Shown here piece after piece: positions 21,927-30,906 of a stretch of DNA of 44,615 nucleotides. A model generated the notes under the pieces. That model ran no database searches and was not told the origin of the DNA. It saw nothing but the letters and a program-made list of their open reading frames with translations. The stretch comes from Trichomonas gallinae (taxonomy: Eukaryota): assembly GCA_008369845.1 (NCBI GenBank), contig MRSU01010694.1, positions 1-44,615 on the forward strand, written 5' to 3'. Every line of letters begins with the position of its first letter. Position 1 is the first letter of the stretch. Made by a program: the position numbers and the translations under genes.

Positions 21927-22265
21927 ATGACTAATGGAATTCCGATTAAATTACTTCATGAAGCGACAAATTTCGTTGTTGGGATAGAGCTGAATACAGG
22001 TGACTCATTTAGAGGCACGTTGAAGTATGTTGAAGACAATATGAATTGTTTTCTTTCTAATGTAGTTCAAACAAAGGCAAATGGCGAAAAAACACAATTC
22101 GATTCTGCTTATGTTCGTGGCTCCAATATTCTTTACTTCGATTTACCAGAAATGCTTCTTAATGCGCATTTATTCAAAACAGGAGAAACGCAAGTCAAAA
22201 AGAAATTCAGCGGAAAGCTAAGACGTACTTTCATGACAGTTAAAGTCAGGAAACAAGCCAAGTAA
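21927..22265 (+). CDS. SmD3: Small nuclear ribonucleoprotein Sm D3
   Basis: GIPIKLLHEA...TGDSFRGTL..VEDNMNC...YVRGSNI....LPEMLLNA matches the SmD3 consensus (GVPIKVLHEA..YRGKL..AEDNMNC..YIRGSKI..LPDMLKNAP). Confidence 0.95.
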   Translation: MTNGIPIKLLHEATNFVVGIELNTGDSFRGTLKYVEDNMNCFLSNVVQTKANGEKTQFDSAYVRGSNILYFDLPEMLLNAHLFKTGETQVKKKFSGKLRRTFMTVKVRKQAK

Positions 22266-22559
22266 TCGAAATTTAATTGGCCATATTTTTTATTCTTGTT
22301 TAGATTTAGAATTTCTCTAAGTTATAGAGATCTGCAATGTATATTATATATTATAAACAAATGTTTTTGAATAACTCAAAATTATTTTTAGAATTTGAAA
22401 ATATCTTTGCTTTCTTCATAATTTGATTGCTGAAACCAAAAAGTACTTCTGCCGAACTAAAAAATTTAGGTTCTTTTTGACCCAAAATATCTGAAAAATA
22501 ATAATATTACATAAAAACTTTAGTTTCAAACAATAATTTATATATATCTATAAAATTCT

Positions 22560-23882
22560 CTAGCTTCGGTATAATTTGTTATGAGTCTGAGGCCGAATGA
22601 TTTTCGGAATTGTTGAATTTGAAATTCTTAATTTATTTATCTTTGACGGTCCAGTGTTTCGGCTGAGTGTGTTCTTTAAGGCAGATGGTGATGTTTTGAG
22701 CGGATCAATACCAGCATCTCCGTTCTTTAATCGTGCAATCGCAGATTTAAGATTTTGAAGGTCTTCTGTTCTACCTTTCTTAATATTGAATTCAGTTTTT
22801 TCAAAATTAAAATTGATTTTCTTAATTTCATCTTGTTTTGCAGACAATGAATTAATTTTTGGGTTTTGACTGAGCTTCTTCAGAGATCTTTCTTTGCTAT
22901 CGTTATTTAAGAAGCTTTGCGTGTCCCAGTATTCAACTTTCTTTTCGTAGTCTTTATATAAATCGAGAAGTTTCTTTTTGAATAATTCTGGTCCGATTTC
23001 TGACGGAAATCCAGGCATTAACGATCTGTCTGCTGTTTTACGTAAATTTTCGATTAAAGACTGAACATGAAATGAATCCAATTCATGTCCATTTTCTAAG
23101 CATTCTTCGGTATAATAAGTGAGCTCATCTGTAATAATATTGACTATATCGTACGGTAAATCAGGAAAATCTGTTCCACAAAGCACTTTATATACTAACG
23201 TAGTTGGCTCATGTTTCAGAATTTCAGCAACGTGCATTGTCATGCCATTCTCGAGGATAGATAAATACATTTCATCCGAGTAATCAGAGTAATCTTCCTC
23301 AACTTCTACGTATTCCGGTTTCGAATTCGTTGGTAATTCGACTCTAGGGAAATTTACGCCCGAACTTAGCGATCGCAATATCGGGGTCTTCGTTTGCTCA
23401 ATGGGATTTTCCTCTTCGCATACTTCGTATAATGGTAGCAACGGTAATGGTTCAGCTTTTGGCTTCTTGTATTTGAAAGAATCGAGCTGCGAGAATGACG
23501 AGCACATCTTTCCCGCGGTGTTTATTTGCAGATTATCAGCTGTTTTGAAGTTGGTTGTTGAATTATGGCGATTTAATGCTAGATCGATGGATTTTGGATC
23601 GTAGCCCATTTGCTCCCACTTTTTCGCATTCCGTTTCTGAAGTAATTCTTGTATGTTTGTCGATGGTTCAAATTTATCGCGAACAGAATCTACTCTAACG
23701 ATCTCGTGTTCAGCTTGAAATTCGTCAAGGGAATCGAATCCTTTAGGAATGGGATCACCCTGCAGTCGTATGAACGATGGCTGTCGATAGCACATTTCAA
23801 TTGGAGCTTGATCATCGGGATTATCTTGATCAAAGACTATAATGGGGTTAGAAGAATCACTATTGCCCCGTAATTTAGTCAT
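22560..23882 (-). CDS. Hypothetical protein (~440 aa)
   Basis: Long ORF. The probable start is MTKLRG at 23882, because the track's upstream extension (to 24086) merely reads through a promoter repeat array (repeating FSYHMS). Confidence 0.7.
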   Translation of the reverse strand: MTKLRGNSDSSNPIIVFDQDNPDDQAPIEMCYRQPSFIRLQGDPIPKGFDSLDEFQAEHEIVRVDSVRDKFEPSTNIQELLQKRNAKKWEQMGYDPKSIDLALNRHNSTTNFKTADNLQINTAGKMCSSFSQLDSFKYKKPKAEPLPLLPLYEVCEEENPIEQTKTPILRSLSSGVNFPRVELPTNSKPEYVEVEEDYSDYSDEMYLSILENGMTMHVAEILKHEPTTLVYKVLCGTDFPDLPYDIVNIITDELTYYTEECLENGHELDSFHVQSLIENLRKTADRSLMPGFPSEIGPELFKKKLLDLYKDYEKKVEYWDTQSFLNNDSKERSLKKLSQNPKINSLSAKQDEIKKINFNFEKTEFNIKKGRTEDLQNLKSAIARLKNGDAGIDPLKTSPSALKNTLSRNTGPSKINKLRISNSTIPKIIRPQTHNKLYRS

Positions 23883-23976
23883 TTCAATAATCCTAGAAAG
23901 GTCTTCGAAAAAGCTTTGAAAAGTGCGAAAATAAAAATATTTTTTTGAATAATGTAAAATTCTCAAAATTTCGTCT

Positions 23977-24098
23977 GACATGTGATATGAAAAATCATTA
24001 CTGGTATCGTTCGACATGTGATATGAGAAAGAAATACCAAAATCAAAAGACATGTGATATGAAAAATGAAATATATCGTCCGACATGTGATGCGAAAA
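23977..24098. repeat. Four direct copies of GACATGTGAT(A/G)(T/C)GA(A/G)AA in a divergent promoter
   Basis: Copies start at 23977, 24013, 24049 and 24082 (spacing 36, 36, 33). Confidence 0.9.
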
Positions 24099-24125
24099 GA
24101 TTTTAAACGTGCACTGAAATAAAAA

Positions 24126-25997
24126 ATGGATGAATCTTTGAAATCTTCACGGTTAATTGGGAAACTTGTTAATTATCTAAGGCCAGATGATACGAAAGCT
24201 CTCGAAATGTCTGTTAGCATCATGAGAAAATACACAAATAAGCCAAATTTATTTTCATCTTCCGAATATAAAACGAAATGGACAACAAAACTAAATGCAG
24301 AAGGAAACAACTCGAAAATAATGAAATTACAAAGAGCAATATCGAAAATTTCTCAAAAAACAAATAAATCGGATTTACTATTTTCATTTTTTGATTATTT
24401 AATAACAGAAACCGCCTCAACGATATACATAGAAGATACACCTGCACCATCATACAAACCTCAGCTGAATTTAATACCGCACGATGTTATCAATGTATTA
24501 CAAGGTTTTGATGGCGACAAATTCAAGTGGAATCATAAATCCGATCGTTTTATGTATAGTGGAAACGTTGTGCCTAGTTTAGTTCAAGTTATTAAGCGCG
24601 TAAGCGAAATTGGATCAACTGTTCGATTTTTAAGGAATTTTGAACAGAGAACACTAAGTCTAATATTCCAAAACGCATTTAATTACGTTAAAGAAATCAT
24701 TGATGAACATTGCGCAAATGTAATTTCACTAGGATGCAAATTAGATAAATTATCGACAAATGAATTCCTAGATTTGATAAACTCCCCTATAATAGATAAA
24801 TTAAAAGCATCAGCCATTATATGTAATACGACATTTGGCCTTAAAGGCGGATTTTATTACAATAAATTGAATTCACTCACTAATCATGGCGATCTCGAGA
24901 TAAAAACAGTATCCAAAATAATGTGTGACCTATCTTTCAATATGATCAGCAACATGGTTCGCGAATGGATCTCACGCGGCGTAATTATTGATCAATATGA
25001 TGAATTCTTCATTAAAAAGAACGAAGACGTCAATTTCTGCAGCGATTGGTGGGATAGACAATACTCACTCATTACTTCAGAAGCTCCTCTTTGCTTCAAT
25101 AACAGCCAGATTCAAATGATATTCGATTCAGGAAAAATTTTGAACTTTTTGCGACGCTGGGATCATCCCGTTGAGATTAATGTCGATGCATCGCTTTCAC
25201 TCAATGAATACATTGTGAAATGCTCAGAAGCCACAGAAAAATTGATAATTGATTTAATGTACGCGAAAAATCTCAAATCCAACATTCACCACATATACTC
25301 TTACCTTTTACTCGGTCGTGGAGACTTCGCGAACAGCTTCATGGCGATCGATGATGATGCTAAACACATACAACTGCATAGAATTGCCTATGAAATTGCG
25401 AAACAGCCAATTGAAGGATTCGATTTTGTTGTAAGAGATGGCAGCTGGTCGTTCGCTTATCATATTTCTCCGCCACTTTCTCTTTTACTGAATTCGAAGG
25501 TTATGGCTGTTTATAAAGCAGTTTCCACACAACTTTTGCATCTTAAAAAGGCAGAATATAAGATATTAAGGTGCAGAGAGCAGTTTAAGAGCGAAACTGA
25601 GTATTGCACAACGATATTTAGAATGATTCACTTTATTAACTTAGTTTCTGACTTCCTCCACCAGGAAGTTATACAGAAAAGTTTCACTAAACTTGAAAAA
25701 TCGATTGAAAAGTCAACAAAAATCAGTGAAATCATGAAACATTTGGAAAAGCATTGTGCAGAGATTGCTAGAGGCTGCTGGGCATCAAACAGTGGAAAAG
25801 AATGCTCTGCTGCCTTAAGGAAAGTATTATCAACAATAGAAGACGTCGTTGATTCAGATAAAACATTAGAACAAAGTGTAGAAGAGTTTTCTACTGCAAT
25901 TATTGATTTTAAGGCAAAGTGCACACAAAATAAGACAGGTGCCTCAGAGTTAGTTCGTCCTCTCACAAGAATATTCTCGAATTTTTTGGTTGAATGA
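24126..25997 (+). CDS. GCP3: Gamma-tubulin complex component (Spc97/Spc98 family), GCP3-like
   Basis: DVINVLQGFDGD (grip1 start), EWISRGVIIDQYDEFFI and IFDSGKILNFLR are family motifs. YLLLGRGDF (grip2 start) is closest to GCP3 YLLLGQGDF. Confidence 0.85.
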   Translation: MDESLKSSRLIGKLVNYLRPDDTKALEMSVSIMRKYTNKPNLFSSSEYKTKWTTKLNAEGNNSKIMKLQRAISKISQKTNKSDLLFSFFDYLITETASTIYIEDTPAPSYKPQLNLIPHDVINVLQGFDGDKFKWNHKSDRFMYSGNVVPSLVQVIKRVSEIGSTVRFLRNFEQRTLSLIFQNAFNYVKEIIDEHCANVISLGCKLDKLSTNEFLDLINSPIIDKLKASAIICNTTFGLKGGFYYNKLNSLTNHGDLEIKTVSKIMCDLSFNMISNMVREWISRGVIIDQYDEFFIKKNEDVNFCSDWWDRQYSLITSEAPLCFNNSQIQMIFDSGKILNFLRRWDHPVEINVDASLSLNEYIVKCSEATEKLIIDLMYAKNLKSNIHHIYSYLLLGRGDFANSFMAIDDDAKHIQLHRIAYEIAKQPIEGFDFVVRDGSWSFAYHISPPLSLLLNSKVMAVYKAVSTQLLHLKKAEYKILRCREQFKSETEYCTTIFRMIHFINLVSDFLHQEVIQKSFTKLEKSIEKSTKISEIMKHLEKHCAEIARGCWASNSGKECSAALRKVLSTIEDVVDSDKTLEQSVEEFSTAIIDFKAKCTQNKTGASELVRPLTRIFSNFLVE

Positions 25998-26110
25998 TTT
26001 CTTATAAATTGTTTGTAAATTTCTATTATAATTTAACGATACATACAGTTTATTTCATCGCATCTAACAAATCACAACAAATAAAATCAAAAATAAAATT
26101 ATTCGAAAAA

Positions 26111-26794
26111 TTATTCTGTTACAAATCTATGCATCATGGCTAATGCAACACAGTAACCTTGTAAAATACTCAGTGGGCTGCGAATTGCCAAATAAAATTC
26201 ATCATCTTCCGTTTTTTGAAAAGCCAGGCTGATATCATTCTTGAATTCTAATATGAGGTTCTTTTCAGATGGTTTCATGGTCATTCCTGGAATTGGAATG
26301 CTAGGCATCCTTAAAACATTAACTCCATTCTCTTTTTTAGGTAATCTTTGGACTATCTTTTGTGTTTCATCCTCAATTGGCTCGTGGTTTTCGTTAAAAA
26401 GCTGAATTTCGATTTGCAACAATAATCCTTTTTTCTCTGAAAGACTTTTGTGTATGACTTTGATTACTGGCTTATGAGCATGGTCGTAAAACGTGTATGC
26501 TAAGCCAGAAACTTCAGATGATGCAACATGGAATTCTGATCCTTCTTTGATTTCCGTAGAACTCGTTGATATTACGTAATGCTTACTCGATCCTATGGGT
26601 GTTGCCGCAAGTAAAAGGTTCTCTGAGTCTTGAGAATATAAATAATAAATACTAGAACCGAGCTTCGTCTTATCTCTCCGTGTGAAAATGCCATTAAACG
26701 TGGTTCCTTCTGGAATAGGAGCCATTAACTCGCTCAATTTAAACTTCGATTTCAAGTTATACATGAGTTGACGACTCTTTACTGGAAATGACAT
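26111..26794 (-). CDS. Tubby C-terminal domain protein
   Basis: YYLY...LLLAA...HYVIST, PSEKNLIL and FQKTEDDEFYLAIRSPLSILQGYCVAL follow the Tub domain motifs (SxKNF, FGk...d.F.ld..yPls.lqAf.i.l). First in-frame ATG is at 26794. Confidence 0.8.
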   Translation of the reverse strand: MSFPVKSRQLMYNLKSKFKLSELMAPIPEGTTFNGIFTRRDKTKLGSSIYYLYSQDSENLLLAATPIGSSKHYVISTSSTEIKEGSEFHVASSEVSGLAYTFYDHAHKPVIKVIHKSLSEKKGLLLQIEIQLFNENHEPIEDETQKIVQRLPKKENGVNVLRMPSIPIPGMTMKPSEKNLILEFKNDISLAFQKTEDDEFYLAIRSPLSILQGYCVALAMMHRFVTE

Positions 26795-27229
26795 AATCGC
26801 ACAGGACAAATAAATCCATTTCGCACATTAACAGACGAATCTTTTAAAAATCATTATTTTACCTTTAGATTATAAAGGATATTGATCCGAAATTATATAT
26901 TTAAGATTATTTCACAAATAGCAATACCAATCGATAGTAATCACTCAATGTAATGAAATATTTACTGACAAGAAGGTAAATCATAAAATTCGAAAAATAT
27001 GCATAATTTCAAACTTGGAAATAACTGTTATATATGAAACAAATCAAAACATATTGGATAGTTGCATACATTTCCTATCTTATTCGAGATAAAAACCAAT
27101 TTTTTGTTGAAATAGCAATTAATTTTCAATAACTAACTAGTTTAGGCTTAATTTGTTTAGCTAAACCTGAATAGATTTGATGAAGAAATAAAAATGATAA
27201 GGATTTGATAAACAATAAAAAACAAATTT

Positions 27230-28699
27230 TTAAACAGATTCAATCTTACTCAAAACAACAAGGAACTTATCGCCATACTTCTTAACGCGTGGATCTGCAA
27301 TAGGCTGCTTAAAGAACTCATCAAGTTTCTTTGCTTTAAGTTCTTTCGCGCATTTTGGATATCTAACTAATCTTACTGCAACAGCCGCTGCAGGAAGCGC
27401 GAGTTCTTCTCCTGTCCTGCAGAGTTTGACGACCAACGGGATCATCTCCATGAATTCCTGCACGAACCTGACGCGCGCCAATGTATCGAGGAGTCTTAGA
27501 GCACTTAACTGCACCGAAGCATCAGAGATTTCTTGCGCGACGCCAAAGTATCCTGCAAGGAAGCCCGATGACGAAAGAGAGGCGACGAACTCAGGTGTAA
27601 GTGGCAGACGTTTCATTATAGTGCACACAGCATTGCAAACACCAACTGAGTTGACTTGTAAAAGTGACATAAAGAATGCGATAGTATTCGGGCAATCAAC
27701 GACGAGCGCTCTCAAGTTCTCGTGTAAAACAACAACTCCAAACAGCCTCAGTGTGTCGAGCGTTCGAGGAAGGGGGCGGCACATCCACTCAGAGTTCTTC
27801 AGAAGAATCTTGCAGTTCGATTCTTCCATCGCAAGTTCGAGGAGCAATAAAGTTGCTTTTTCGTCGTATGTGGCAATTTCTGTAAGTATTAGAATGATTT
27901 GGTCTATGTATTTGGCACTTGGAGGTGGTGGGTAACGAATGAGTAGGGAAAGCGTGGCCTGCTGCGTTGATCTATGTTGTACGTGACATGCAATTGCTTC
28001 AGAAGGGATTCCAAACTCTTTAACTTTTTCGGGATTGATTTCGAAAACAGCGCAGAGTCCGTTGTATATCATGCAAATATGGCTGGCTGTTGTAATAGTG
28101 AGCATATCGAGTAAATACGACCAACAGTGCTGCAGTCTTTCCTGTGCGAACCTTGGATATTGACGAAGTAGCCAGATGAGAAGTGATATGTAATCAGCGA
28201 TGCAATCTGAAGTCCGGAAATTCTTTGACTCGTGAAAGAGAATGTCGAGGACTGGCATTGGATCTCGTATCTTTTCGTATTGCTGTGCGTAGAATGCAAG
28301 GAGAGTTAAACATTTGCGTGGTTCTTGTTCGACAAGGGATGCGATTTGGGCAGCCGCTTTGTCATCAAAACAGTTCGGTGCCTTATTTACTAAAAAGAAA
28401 AGGAGATCAAGTAATTGCGTGGTGTACTGTTTTTGCTTGAAAGGTAATTGTCGAATAAAACCATTTTGTTCAAATATTTCACCAGCTTTTTCGAAATTCA
28501 TTACACGGCAGAGTCCAGAAATGATTTCATTTCCAGCATCTGTGTGTAAGCGGTGTGAAAAATGGGATGTAAGTATTTGAAAATATTCTTGAAGTTGATT
28601 TGGAGCGAGAGTCATATATGCGACACGAACGTATTGAATAAACAAGTTATCTGTCACATTGGTTAACTTCTGTAAGTTATAGCCAGTCTCTTTCGACAT
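27230..28699 (-). CDS. ARM/HEAT-like helical repeat protein, function unknown
   Basis: 489-aa Leu-rich helical ORF with ARM-like segments (SVQLSALRLLDTLA, VGVCNAVCTIMKRL). Confidence 0.8.
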   Translation of the reverse strand: MSKETGYNLQKLTNVTDNLFIQYVRVAYMTLAPNQLQEYFQILTSHFSHRLHTDAGNEIISGLCRVMNFEKAGEIFEQNGFIRQLPFKQKQYTTQLLDLLFFLVNKAPNCFDDKAAAQIASLVEQEPRKCLTLLAFYAQQYEKIRDPMPVLDILFHESKNFRTSDCIADYISLLIWLLRQYPRFAQERLQHCWSYLLDMLTITTASHICMIYNGLCAVFEINPEKVKEFGIPSEAIACHVQHRSTQQATLSLLIRYPPPPSAKYIDQIILILTEIATYDEKATLLLLELAMEESNCKILLKNSEWMCRPLPRTLDTLRLFGVVVLHENLRALVVDCPNTIAFFMSLLQVNSVGVCNAVCTIMKRLPLTPEFVASLSSSGFLAGYFGVAQEISDASVQLSALRLLDTLARVRFVQEFMEMIPLVVKLCRTGEELALPAAAVAVRLVRYPKCAKELKAKKLDEFFKQPIADPRVKKYGDKFLVVLSKIESV

Positions 28700-28733
28700 A
28701 TTTTATATTTGAAAATCTTTACAGAAGAAATTG

Positions 28734-28741
28734 AAGCCGTT
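28734..28741 (-). promoter_or_regulatory. Candidate M3 (Myb-type) core promoter element AACGGCTT
   Basis: Fits the T. vaginalis M3 consensus DRCSGYTD as I recall it, ~35 nt upstream of the ARM-gene ATG. Confidence 0.4.
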
Positions 28742-28774
28742 TTAGACGTTAAAGGGACGACCCTGTTTTTACAC

Positions 28775-29295
28775 TCCCCCCTCATTTATTTTTTGACCAT
28801 ACTATCCCCCTTATTGATATTTCAGCCCCTCATTTAATTTCACCTTCATTTCCTCTTCCTTTACATATTTATCACTCAGTAATAATATATCCCCATTACT
28901 TATTTATATTCCAACCCATGGTGTATATTATTATCTTAATATCCCCTTTATCTATATTTCTAACACTTTCTTTATTAGGTAGCACGTATAATGTCATACA
29001 GAAGGGTCCATCATATTAATGCAGGGGTATTTTTGGTCCATATACCCTTTATTGATATTTCAGCCCCTTGTTAAAATTAACAAAATTTAATCATGGGAAA
29101 TCGGATGATTGGTTTTCAGCGAGTTAGAACTTTCATGGCAATTAATTTGCTATCATCGCATACATCACTTCGAACTCTTGAGTCTGGCATAGTTTTAAAT
29201 ATATCAAGTCTGCATCTATATCGAAATATTACAAAAATTCAGGAATTAGCATTTTTGATTTTATCATGGGGGTAAAAAATAAATTAAAGGGGATG
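28775..29295. mobile_element. Possible non-autonomous DNA transposon (MITE-like) remnant
   Basis: Imperfect inverted ends (28775-28798 vs 29271-29295). Internal direct repeat CCC(C/T)TTATTGATATTTCAGCCCCT at ~28807 and ~29045, plus several CCCC-TTA(T) motifs. Confidence 0.4.
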
Positions 29296-29888
29296 CATTA
29301 AAAAGCATTTTAAATCTAATTAATGCTATTTTCATAATATCCCATAAAATATCTATATCAACTAACAAATCATCAAAATTCATGCTCTACAATGAAAATT
29401 GAAAACTAATCAATTATGATAACATCTTTTTTTTTCATAACATTATGGTGGAATTCATTTCTATGTTCACATAATCTAATATTTTCAATTATGATTTGTA
29501 GTTTTTATCTATAAAAATTAATTCATACGAAATTGATTTTAAGACTAACATGTCAATCAAAAATATTAAAAATATCGTATAGATATGAAATATATGATAT
29601 CAGTCAAAGTTTTTCATCAGTCGATGAAATGAAATTTATTTTTAATCATCGAACGATTTTTGATTGCATCAGTTGTACTTAAATGTTCATAAACTGTGTT
29701 ATTTTTAATTTTGAAAGTTGTTAATGCATATTTTGATATAAAAAAAATTATTTTTGTCAACCAAGCAAGCTTTGTTATATTTCTGCTTCGGTGATCGATT
29801 GAGTAAATTGATGTAAATGTAAGAAAACAAATTCATGCAATTGTTTTTTGGAAAAGTTATTTTGTCAGCTTATCTTAGTGTATGGCAG

Positions 29889-30209
29889 CTAAATTTTATT
29901 TCTGAGATCTTTAAGTTTCTGTTCTACGTCTAAAGCATATAAAGTCCATCGATAATCCTCTTCTAAGCGTTTGTTTTCTTCCAATAACATTTCGTATTCT
30001 TCTGCATATTTGTTAATTTCTGTTGAATACTGTTCAGCTGCAATTTTCATTTCTGAAACAAGATTTTGATAATTTTGTTCTTCTTCTGTTTGTTCTGTGG
30101 TGCTAAGTTTCCAGTAAGCATCTGCAATGTCTTTATATCGTTGTTCATATGTAAGTCCACTCCTTTCATTCCTCATTGTTGGTTCTCCTCGGTAATATTT
30201 CGAATTCAT
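29889..30209 (-). CDS. Small coiled-coil hypothetical protein
   Basis: 106-aa ATG-started ORF with E/K/Q-rich heptad pattern and AAAATATG start context. Confidence 0.7.
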   Translation of the reverse strand: MNSKYYRGEPTMRNERSGLTYEQRYKDIADAYWKLSTTEQTEEEQNYQNLVSEMKIAAEQYSTEINKYAEEYEMLLEENKRLEEDYRWTLYALDVEQKLKDLRNKI

Positions 30210-30707
30210 ATTTTGGAATTTTAAACGACCACTTTTAAGGTTTCTTGATATATTCTTGGAAAATTACTGATAATTGGATATACTTTACACTGGTACAAGA
30301 AGTGATATACATTAATCGAGGAATTTTCGAGAAAAAGTGATTTGAACTTTTAAATCTCGATATGTAATGACTTGTGCTACTTCATTGATACGTAACATAA
30401 GCCTATATTTTCGTTCTCTATCTAATCATTGTATTTTTTCTGAATTTACTTCGTTTTTTGTTTTTTACATATCATTTCAATGAATTTTAGATATAAGTGC
30501 GTAAAACTTAGCATCTACTTGGGCAACTAAATATAGCCATAAGGTCAGAACATGATGTTATCGGTGAAGTCCAACCCAAAAAATCATCCTCAATTTATAT
30601 TATTTATCATCATAAAACTCTTTGAATACTTTACATTTTAGTAAAGCAATGTAAAAAAAATAAAAGTGACAATGTAAAATAAAAAAGTGCCACAAAAACG
30701 CGACAAA

Positions 30708-30812
30708 ATGGTGGAAGCAGATCGAGTCACTTATGCAGTGCTTGATTGTTTTATTGATAGTGACTTTGCGAAAGATTACGCTGATATGACTCCTCGCACT
30801 TGTTTTTTGTGA
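30708..30812 (+). CDS. Candidate 34-aa microprotein MVEADRVTYAVLDCFIDSDFAKDYADMTPRTCFL
   Basis: AAAATG start. The ORF spans a GC-richer island in AT-rich DNA almost exactly; 14 of 34 codons begin with G. Below the ORF-track length cutoff. Confidence 0.45.
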   Translation: MVEADRVTYAVLDCFIDSDFAKDYADMTPRTCFL

Positions 30813-30906
30813 AAATTTTTTGATCTATAGTTTCAATTTTATCATATAACAAAAGAAAATTATCATAAATAAATAATTTATAAAGATTAACAAGAAAACT
30901 GTATTA

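Noticed and set aside
23883..24086. N-terminal extension MSDDIFHFSYHMS... of the 508-aa ORF
   Set aside because: It translates the promoter repeat array and ends 40 nt from the opposite gene's ATG; ATG 23882 is more plausible.
23977..24098. CRISPR array interpretation of the repeat-spacer pattern
   Set aside because: Repeats and spacers are too short, there are only four copies, no cas genes, and the context is a eukaryotic promoter.
11802..26794. Functional cluster of centriole/cilium genes (TCP-like, FOP-like, GCP3, Tubby)
   Set aside because: Interspersed with unrelated genes and two assignments are tentative; likely coincidence in a flagellate genome.
30728..30823. Firm U4 snRNA call (CTTATGCAG ... 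GCTGAT ... Sm-like site)
   Set aside because: The kink-turn 5' stem-loop does not form properly and the host U6 is unavailable for pairing; kept only as an alternative to the microprotein.
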